DNA from: Halorhodospira halophila SL1
GTDB taxonomy: Bacteria > Pseudomonadota > Gammaproteobacteria > Nitrococcales > Halorhodospiraceae
Assembly: GCF_000015585.1 (NCBI RefSeq)
Contig: NC_008789.1
Span: forward strand, 1,260,001-1,292,000
DNA: 32,000 nt
Direction of reading: 5' to 3'
Shown: piece by piece, positions 25,975-32,000 of the stretch
Layout of the letters: every line of letters begins with the position of its first letter
Numbering within the stretch: the stretch's first letter is position 1
Program-made: the position numbers and the translations under genes
Notes under the pieces: model-generated
What the model saw: the letters and a program-made list of their open reading frames with translations, nothing else
What the model was told of the DNA's origin: nothing
The model's database searches: none

Positions 25975-26439
25975 TCAGCCCTCAGCGAGTCGGCGAATGA
26001 CCGCCCATTGGGCCTCGGTGACCGGGACGATGGACAGGCGGTTGCCCCGCCGGATCAGCGGGAAACCTTCCAGATCAGGACACTCGCGCAGTTCCTGCAG
26101 GGTGACCTGCCGCGGCAAGCGCTCGCGGAAACGGACATCAACGCAATACCAGCGTGGGGCCTCCGGGGTGCTCTTCGGATCGTAGTGGAGGTCGTCCGGA
26201 TCGAAGGCCGTAGGATCCGGGTAGGGGCCACTGACCACCTCCATCACCCCGACCACCCCCGGCGGACGGGTATTGGAGTGGTAGAAGAAGGCGGCATCGC
26301 CGGGGCGCATGTGGTCGCGGATCATGTTGCGCACCTGATAGTTACGCACCCCGTCCCATCGGTCCGTACCCTGCGGCGCCGCGGCTAGATCATCGATGCC
26401 GAACACATCGGGCTCGGACTTCATCACCCAGCGGTTCAT
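25975..26439 (-). CDS. EVE (PUA-like, DUF55) domain protein.
   Basis: The start was trimmed to ATG 26439. The translation is MNRWVMKSEPDVFGIDDL...WDGVRNYQVRNMIRDHMRPGDAAFFYHSN... Confidence 0.85.
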   Translation of the reverse strand: MNRWVMKSEPDVFGIDDLAAAPQGTDRWDGVRNYQVRNMIRDHMRPGDAAFFYHSNTRPPGVVGVMEVVSGPYPDPTAFDPDDLHYDPKSTPEAPRWYCVDVRFRERLPRQVTLQELRECPDLEGFPLIRRGNRLSIVPVTEAQWAVIRRLAEG

Positions 26440-27047
26440 GCGCTCCCCAATCCGACCGTACGCACCGGCAGCCTGACATAGCCGCGCTCGGTGATCACCC
26501 CCTCCAGGGGCAGATCCCACGCGTCGCCGGGCAACTGCGCCACCTCCTGGGAACTGAACGCCAGGCCCACGATGCGCGGCGGGTGCCAGGGGTACCGCCG
26601 CAACCTCGCGAAGGTGGCGTCGTAGAACCCCCCGCCCATACCCAGTCGGCGCCCGGCGGGATCGAAGGCGACCAGCGGCGCCAGCACCAGATCCAGATCC
26701 CGGACCGGCAGCTCTGCCGCCAGGCCTGGCGGCGGTTCGGGGACACCGTAACGATTGGGGCGCAGCGGCGCCTCGGGGGCCCAGCGGCGAAAGCCCATGC
26801 GCCGGCACTGTCGGCGCAGCGCCGGCAGATAGATCGCCTGCCCGCGCTGGTGCAGCGCGTTGAGGATCGCCCCGGTGGGCGCCTCGCCGTCGGCATCGAG
26901 GTAACCGGCCACCCGCTGCACCCCCTGGGTCTCGACCAGCCTGAGGGTCTCGTCACGCAGGCGCAGCTCGGCGCGACGGCGCTCGCCGGCCGGGATCCGG
27001 CGTCGGCGGTTGCGCAATCGGCGACGGATGTCGCGCTTGGCCTCCAC
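26436..27047 (-). CDS. fau: 5-formyltetrahydrofolate cyclo-ligase.
   Basis: Diagnostic stretches are EAKRDIRRRLRNRRR, LDLVLAPLVAFDPAGRRLGMGGGFYD and ITERG. The GTG start at 27047 has an AGGAG RBS 7 nt upstream. The longer track ORF, reaching 27119, would overlap the 6S RNA end. Confidence 0.8.
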   Translation of the reverse strand: MEAKRDIRRRLRNRRRRIPAGERRRAELRLRDETLRLVETQGVQRVAGYLDADGEAPTGAILNALHQRGQAIYLPALRRQCRRMGFRRWAPEAPLRPNRYGVPEPPPGLAAELPVRDLDLVLAPLVAFDPAGRRLGMGGGFYDATFARLRRYPWHPPRIVGLAFSSQEVAQLPGDAWDLPLEGVITERGYVRLPVRTVGLGSA

Positions 27048-27113
27048 GGCGGCACTCCTCGGAATAACGGGGGGCGAAGGGGATCTTGCGGGGTACCGGG
27101 GCAGAAGAAATAA

Positions 27114-27302
27114 GGACACCCCCCGCGCATGCCGTACAGGCCTGCCCTTGAACCCTTCGGTTCAGGTAGGGACGGGGGGAGCTGCCTTAGGCTTTCCGCT
27201 CGCGGCGGACATGCACACCGGTCAACCCACGCCCGGTCCCTTGGGCATTGCTCTGAGGCTCAAGATAACTCGGCCTGAGATCGAACACCGCAGGGGATGT
27301 CG
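27114..27302 (-). ncRNA. ssrS: 6S RNA.
   Basis: It occupies the canonical zapA-ssrS-fau position. The minus-strand sequence CCUGAACCGAAGGGUUCAAGGGCAGGCCUGUACGGCAUGCGCGGGG closely resembles the 3' arm of E. coli 6S RNA (CCUUGAACCAAGGGUUCAAGGGUUACAGCCUGCGGCGGCAUCUCGG). The 5' GACAUCCCCUGCG pairs with the 3' CGCGGGGGGUGUC to give a 13-bp closing stem. Ends are approximate, within about 5 nt. Confidence 0.8.
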
Positions 27303-27344
27303 TGATTTCATGATCACCCACCGCGGCGCTTCGTGCAAGCGATC

Positions 27345-27635
27345 TCAGGAGCTGCCGTCGACCGCCTCGGAGATGCGGGCGTCGAGCCGGGCCAGGCGCT
27401 GGCGCACGTCCGCCAACTGCTCGTTCTCGGCCTGCACGCTGAGCAGTTCGTAGGCGATGTTCAGCGCCGCCACCACCGCCACCCGGTCCGTGCCGACCAC
27501 GTTGCCGCTCTTGCGGATCTCGCGCATCTTGCGATCCACATAATCGGCAGATTGCAGCAACTCGTTCTTGGCGTCCTCAGGACACGCGACGGTAAAGTCC
27601 TGATCCAGGATGCGTACCTTGACCGCTTCGGTCAT
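27345..27635 (-). CDS. zapA: Cell division protein ZapA.
   Basis: The 96-aa translation is KVRILDQDFTVACPEDAKNELLQSADYVDRKMREIR...VAVVAALNIAYEL. The position upstream of ssrS is conserved. Confidence 0.85.
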   Translation of the reverse strand: MTEAVKVRILDQDFTVACPEDAKNELLQSADYVDRKMREIRKSGNVVGTDRVAVVAALNIAYELLSVQAENEQLADVRQRLARLDARISEAVDGSS

Positions 27636-27638
27636 GCG

Positions 27639-27851
27639 CTACTGCTCCATCGCCTTGAGCCGGCTGATCATCGACTCGATCTGGGAACGGGCGAGTTCGT
27701 TCTTTTCCTGAAGCGCCGCCCGATCCGCCTGGAGCTGCTCCTGCGCCTCGCGAAGCAGGCGGTTTTCCTCGCGCAGGCGCTCGTGCTGGCGCAGCAGCTG
27801 CTCGATGCGCTGCTCCAGACGCACCAGCTCTTCGACCGAGTAATCAGACAC
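27639..27851 (-). CDS. ZapB-like coiled-coil protein (the small conserved gene usually found upstream of zapA).
   Basis: It is a 70-aa heptad-rich sequence (LEQRIEQLLRQHERLREENRLLREAQEQLQ). Its stop lies 3 nt before the zapA start. Confidence 0.7.
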   Translation of the reverse strand: MSDYSVEELVRLEQRIEQLLRQHERLREENRLLREAQEQLQADRAALQEKNELARSQIESMISRLKAMEQ

Positions 27852-27968
27852 TTGGAGTCACCTCCCCTGATCGCCGACTATAGTGCCCCGGTCGGGCCCG
27901 GTCAATCAGCGGCGCCACTGTTAGGATGGGACCATCCCTGATCGACGACAGACGAGGGTGGACGAGCC

Positions 27969-28523
27969 ATGGCTTCCGGACAACGTTATCAAGGGGTCGC
28001 CGAAGTCCTCGAGGCGGTCGGCACCCCGGTGGGCGCCGCCGAGGCCCACGGCATGCTCACCGGTATGCTCAGCGGTACCGGCGACGCGGGTCAGGCCCAC
28101 TGGATCGCCGAGGTTCTGGCCGATACCGAACCGCGCGGCGAGGCGGCGCGGGCCTGCCTGGAGACGCTGACCCTACTCTACGATGAAACCGCTACGGAAC
28201 TCGCGGACGATGCCATGGGCTTCGCGCCGCTCTTGCCCGCCGAGGACGAACCGTTCGGTGACCGCGTCCGCGCGCTGGCCGCCTGGAGCAGCGGGTTCTT
28301 GTTCGGGCTCGGGCGAACCGAGCCCGGCGAGGACACCGACCTGCCCGCCGAGGTCCGCGAGTTTCTCAGCGACCTGGCGGAGATCTCCCGGGTCGCCGCC
28401 GAACCGGCCGAGGACGAAGACGACGAGGCGTCGTATACCGAACTCTTGGAGTATATCCGTGTCGGCGTCCTGCTCTGTCGGGAGCACATGGGCCACCCCA
28501 GCGTCGAGGCCCAGGATCCATGA
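27969..28523 (+). CDS. ygfB: UPF0149 family protein YgfB.
   Basis: The motif AAEAHGMLTGMLSG and an acidic C-terminal half are present. The position upstream of pepP is conserved. Confidence 0.8.
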   Translation: MASGQRYQGVAEVLEAVGTPVGAAEAHGMLTGMLSGTGDAGQAHWIAEVLADTEPRGEAARACLETLTLLYDETATELADDAMGFAPLLPAEDEPFGDRVRALAAWSSGFLFGLGRTEPGEDTDLPAEVREFLSDLAEISRVAAEPAEDEDDEASYTELLEYIRVGVLLCREHMGHPSVEAQDP

Positions 28524-29878
28524 ACGAGACCATCGATTTCACCCAGCTTGCCTGCGAGCAGCGGGAGACCCTGGCTCGGCGCATCGGTGAGAGCGCGGTG
28601 GTGGTGGTCCCAGCGGCGCGGGAACAGCCCCGCAACCGCGATGTGGACCACCCCTTCCGCCAGGACAGCGACTTCCGCTACCTCACCGCCTTCCCCGAAC
28701 CCGACGCGGTGGCGGTGCTCGCCCCCGGCCGGCCCGAGGGCGAGTATGTGCTGTTCGTCCGTGAGCGCGACCCGGAGGCGGAACGGTGGGCCGGGGCGCG
28801 CACCGGCCCCGAGGCCGCCTGCCAGGCCTACGGCGCCGATCAGGCCTGGCCGCTGGGAGAGCTCGATCAGCGACTGCCCGACCTGCTCGTCGGCCGGGAA
28901 CGGATGATCGCGCCGCTGGGCCGCGACGAGCACTGGGACCGCCAGCTCCTGCAGTGGCTGCAGGCCGGGCGGGCGCGAGCCCGGGGCCAGGCCGTCGCCC
29001 CGGACCGCATCGAGCTGCTCGACCGCAACATCCACGAGCAGCGGCTGATCAAGCGCCCCGCCGAGCTCGAAGCGATGCGCCGGGCAGCCGGCATCTCGGT
29101 GGCGGCGCATCGGCGCGCCATGCAGGCCGTCCAGTCGGGGATGCCCGAGTACGCGCTGGCTGCCGAGCTGCTCGGCATCTTCCACCGACACGGCGGCGAG
29201 GCCGCCTATCCGAGCATCGTCGCTGGGGGCGCCAACGCCTGCGTACTTCATTACGTCACCCTGCGCAACACACTGCACGAGGGCGACCTGGTCCTCATTG
29301 ACGCCGGCGCCGAGGTGGACGGCTACGCCGCCGATATCACCCGCACGTTCCCGGTCAGCGGGGTCTTCAGCGCCGAGCAGCGAGCCGTCTACGACGTGGT
29401 CCTCGAGGCCCAGGAGGCAGCCATCGGGCAAGTGTGCAGCGGCAACGACTTCGACGCCTTCCACCGCACCGCCACGCGCATCCTCACCCAGGGCATGGTG
29501 GATCTCGGCTGGCTCCGGGGCGAGGTGGACGGACTGATCGAGCAGGGCGCCCACCGGCGCTTCTTCCCCCACCGCACCGGTCACTGGCTGGGACTGGACG
29601 TACACGACGTCGGCAGCTATGCAGTAGAGGGAGCGTGGCGCGTCCTCCAGCCTGGCATGGTGGTGACCGTCGAGCCGGGGCTCTACTGCCCGCCGGGCAG
29701 CGAGGAGGTGGATCCACGCTGGCACGGGATCGGCGTTCGCATCGAGGACGACGTGGTTGTCGAGCGGGAGACCCCGCGCATCCTCACCAGCGGGGTGCCG
29801 AAGACCCCCGAGGCCATTGAGGATCTGATGGGCGCCGTGCGCGGCGCAGGCTACGAGGAAAGTGGAGACTTCGACTGA
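28520..29878 (+). CDS. pepP: Xaa-Pro aminopeptidase.
   Basis: The M24B metal-ligand contexts LIDAGAEVDGYAADITRTFP, HRTGHWLGLDVHD and VTVEPG..RIED are present. An ATGA overlap links it to ygfB. Confidence 0.9.
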   Translation: MNETIDFTQLACEQRETLARRIGESAVVVVPAAREQPRNRDVDHPFRQDSDFRYLTAFPEPDAVAVLAPGRPEGEYVLFVRERDPEAERWAGARTGPEAACQAYGADQAWPLGELDQRLPDLLVGRERMIAPLGRDEHWDRQLLQWLQAGRARARGQAVAPDRIELLDRNIHEQRLIKRPAELEAMRRAAGISVAAHRRAMQAVQSGMPEYALAAELLGIFHRHGGEAAYPSIVAGGANACVLHYVTLRNTLHEGDLVLIDAGAEVDGYAADITRTFPVSGVFSAEQRAVYDVVLEAQEAAIGQVCSGNDFDAFHRTATRILTQGMVDLGWLRGEVDGLIEQGAHRRFFPHRTGHWLGLDVHDVGSYAVEGAWRVLQPGMVVTVEPGLYCPPGSEEVDPRWHGIGVRIEDDVVVERETPRILTSGVPKTPEAIEDLMGAVRGAGYEESGDFD

Positions 29879-29880
29879 CG

Positions 29881-31122
29881 TTGGACACCGAGCCCTACGA
29901 GATCATCATCGCCGGCGGCGGCCTGGTCGGTGGCGCCCTGGCCTGCGGACTGGCCCGGGCCGGGCTGCGCGTAGCGGTGATCGAGGCGGTGCCAGCGGAG
30001 CACAGCGGACAACCCAGTTTCGATGAGCGGCATACCGCGCTCGCCCCATCGAGCCGTTACGTCCTGGATGCCTGGGGGTTGTGGCGACCGGTGCGCCCAG
30101 GCCTGACCCCGATCCGACACATCCACGTCTCGGAGCAGGGCGGCTGGGGTTTCGTCCACTTCGACGCCGAGGAGGAGGGCGTCGATGCCCTCGGCTGGCT
30201 GCTGGCCAATCGCGAGATGGGCGCCACGCTCGCGCAGCGCCTGGCCGCTGACGAACGCATCACGCTGATCAGTCCGGCGCAGGTCCAGACCGTGGAGCAG
30301 GGCAGTGATCAGGTCCGCGTGACCACCAGCGGGGGCGACGGCGAGCAGCGGCTGCGCGGCCGCCTACTTGTCGCCGCCGACGGGGCCCACTCACGGACGC
30401 GGACGCTCACCGAGCTGCCGGTACGCAGTCGCGATTACCACCAGAGCGCCGTGATCACCACCCTGACTCCGACCTGCCACCACCAGGGATGGGCCTTCGA
30501 GCGGTTCACCCGGGAGGGCCCGTTGGCGCTGCTGCCCATCGCCGAGGGGCGGTGCGCCCTCGTCTGGTCACTGCCCCCAGAACGGGCCGAAGCCTATCGG
30601 AGCGGCAATGAGACCGCATTCCTGGCGGCCCTGCAGCAGGCATTCGGCTACCGCCTGGGACCCTTCCGGGACTGCGGCCCGCGTTCCATCTACCCGCTGG
30701 TCGAACGGCACACCCCGAGCCCGTACACCGGTCGGGTGCTGCTGCTGGGCAACGCCGCCCACACCCTGCACCCGGTCGCCGGACAGGGGCTTAACCTCGC
30801 CCTGCGCGATGCGGCTACCCTGGCCGAACTCGTCGCGACGAGCCACGCCGGCGGTGGCGACCCGGGGGCCGAACCGCTGCTCAAGGCCTATGTGCGGCGG
30901 CGCTCCGAGGACCTCTGGCGAACCCGGCTGTTCACCAACAGCCTGGTCGGCGGCTTCGCCTCCGCGCACCCACTCCTGCGCCTGGCACGCAGCGGGGCAC
31001 TCGCCACCCTGCAGCGCTGCCCACCGATCCGGCGCGCCCTGCTGTGCACCGGCGCGGGGCGGGTCGGTCCGCTGGCCACCGCCGCCTGTCGACCACCAGA
31101 CAGCGGGGAGAGCGCCCAGTGA
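29881..31122 (+). CDS. ubiH: FAD-dependent ubiquinone biosynthesis hydroxylase (2-octaprenyl-6-methoxyphenol hydroxylase type).
   Basis: It has a TTG start. The motifs IIIAGGGLVGGALACGL, LLVAADGAHSRTR and LLLGNAAHTLHPVAGQGLNLALRD are present. It occupies the canonical position after pepP. Confidence 0.8.
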   Translation: MDTEPYEIIIAGGGLVGGALACGLARAGLRVAVIEAVPAEHSGQPSFDERHTALAPSSRYVLDAWGLWRPVRPGLTPIRHIHVSEQGGWGFVHFDAEEEGVDALGWLLANREMGATLAQRLAADERITLISPAQVQTVEQGSDQVRVTTSGGDGEQRLRGRLLVAADGAHSRTRTLTELPVRSRDYHQSAVITTLTPTCHHQGWAFERFTREGPLALLPIAEGRCALVWSLPPERAEAYRSGNETAFLAALQQAFGYRLGPFRDCGPRSIYPLVERHTPSPYTGRVLLLGNAAHTLHPVAGQGLNLALRDAATLAELVATSHAGGGDPGAEPLLKAYVRRRSEDLWRTRLFTNSLVGGFASAHPLLRLARSGALATLQRCPPIRRALLCTGAGRVGPLATAACRPPDSGESAQ

Positions 31123-32000
31123 AGGATGCCGACGTCATCATCCAGGGGGCCGGGGCACCGGCACTGGCGACAGCGGTCGGTCTGGCCCGCGAGGGCCTGG
31201 CGGTCACCCTGCTCGATGCCGCCGAGGTGTGCGTAGCCCCGACGGCCGGCAGTGAGCCCCGGCACTCTGTGATCGACGTCGTTTCCGAGCGTGTCCTTCG
31301 GCACCTCGGCGCTTGGCCCTCCGTCACCCGGGACCGAACCCACCCGATCGAGGCCTTGGAGCTGGAGGACTGTGACGCTTCGGCCCATCTCACCCTGAAC
31401 GCCTGCGAGGTCGGCGAGACGCGCATCGGCCACGTGGTCGAGCGCGGCGTCATCGATCGATCACTGCGTGAGCTGTTCGATGCCCTACCACAAACCCGCC
31501 GCCTGGCCACGGGCCCGGTCCGCGACATGGCCGTCGAAGGGCATCGGCTGACCCTCCACCTAGAGGATGGCCAGGCCCTCACCACCCAGCTACTGGTCGC
31601 CGCCGACGGTGACGCCTCACCACTGCGCCAACTGGCCGGCATCCGCTGGCGCCGCGCCGGCTACGGGCAGGATGCGGTGATAGCCCGGATCCGCACCGAG
31701 CGACACCCCGGGCGCACCGTCCGCCAGCGTTTCTGCGGTGAGGAGCCGCTGACCCTGCTGCCCCTGGACGACCACGAGTCGGCCCTGCTCTGGCCCGTAC
31801 CGCGGGCCCGCGCCAGACAGCTCCTGGAGGCGGATGCCGATGCGTTTCACCAGCGGCTTGAGGTCGCCAGCGGCGCCATGCTCGGCAGCGTCGAGGGCTC
31901 ATCGGCCCGCCAGGCGATGTCCCTGATCCGCGGCCGGGCCGAACGCTACATCGGCCCGCGGCTGGCCCTCGTCGGCAACGCGGCTCATACCGTCCATCCG
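31119..32000 (+). CDS. ubiI: Second UbiH/UbiF/VisC-family FAD monooxygenase, 5' part; it runs off the right edge.
   Basis: The GTG at 31119 overlaps the ubiH stop (GTGA). The frame is open to the window end, so it is not in the track. The motifs VIIQGAGAPALATAVGL, LLVAADGDASPLR and LALVGNAAHTVHP are present. Confidence 0.75.
   Translation, partial: MKDADVIIQGAGAPALATAVGLAREGLAVTLLDAAEVCVAPTAGSEPRHSVIDVVSERVLRHLGAWPSVTRDRTHPIEALELEDCDASAHLTLNACEVGETRIGHVVERGVIDRSLRELFDALPQTRRLATGPVRDMAVEGHRLTLHLEDGQALTTQLLVAADGDASPLRQLAGIRWRRAGYGQDAVIARIRTERHPGRTVRQRFCGEEPLTLLPLDDHESALLWPVPRARARQLLEADADAFHQRLEVASGAMLGSVEGSSARQAMSLIRGRAERYIGPRLALVGNAAHTVHP

Noticed and set aside
26440-26808. N-terminal extension of the EVE-domain ORF (277 aa in the track).
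   Set aside because: The extension overlaps the fau coding sequence in another frame and is compositionally junk. The EVE domain begins at MNRWVMKSEPD.
27048-27119. The longest-ORF start for fau (ATG 27119).
   Set aside because: It would abut or overlap the 6S RNA 3' end and add a Pro/Ser-rich leader. The GTG at 27047 has an AGGAG RBS and matches the usual N-terminus (EAKRDIRRRLR).

Overview
High-GC bacterial chromosome segment. The gene content (fccAB, menA plus ubiH/ubiI, the zapA-ssrS-fau / ygfB-pepP-ubiH-ubiI synteny) suggests a gammaproteobacterium, possibly a Chromatiales/Ectothiorhodospiraceae-type sulfur oxidiser; this taxonomy is inference only. All calls come from reading the sequence and the ORF track, with no searches run.

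The window has two parts.

(1) About 1-8100 is accessory DNA, visibly more A/T-rich in 3050-6300 (sample lines about 50% GC against about 68% in the core).
- The 5' part of a type I R-M methylase gene (hsdM, minus strand, running off the left edge).
- A roughly 1.2-kb non-coding block with two repeat families. One is nine copies of an ~88-bp tandem unit with a near-invariant 28-bp core. The other is a set of GTGTACCGC iterons at 21-bp phasing ending in a perfect 18-bp palindrome.
- A frameshifted membrane-protein remnant.
- An alpA-family gene followed by an 893-aa P-loop (SF3-helicase-like) replication-type protein.
- A ~700-bp stretch with no credible gene, two small orphan genes, a 34-bp direct repeat pair and an internally deleted aldo/keto reductase.
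- No integrase, tRNA or packaging genes are visible. This looks like a decayed or atypical P4/PICI-like integrative element with undefined borders.

(2) About 8100-32000 is ordinary core genome.
- thpR, fccAB (flavocytochrome c sulfide dehydrogenase) and a convergent three-subunit molybdopterin oxidoreductase.
- DUF2058, a lipoprotein cytochrome c, an ABC1 kinase and a menA-doxX-PH-domain operon.
- moaD, rpiA, ilvA, a polysaccharide deacetylase and a Bax-like glucosaminidase.
- EVE-fau-6S RNA-zapA-zapB-like on the minus strand and ygfB-pepP-ubiH-ubiI on the plus strand.

The most interesting signal is the repeat block at 1250-2500 next to the alpA/replication module. The replication gene also carries an in-phase dnaX-type A_AAA_AAG slippery heptamer. 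Many long ORFs in the track are antisense shadows typical of high-GC DNA and were rejected.
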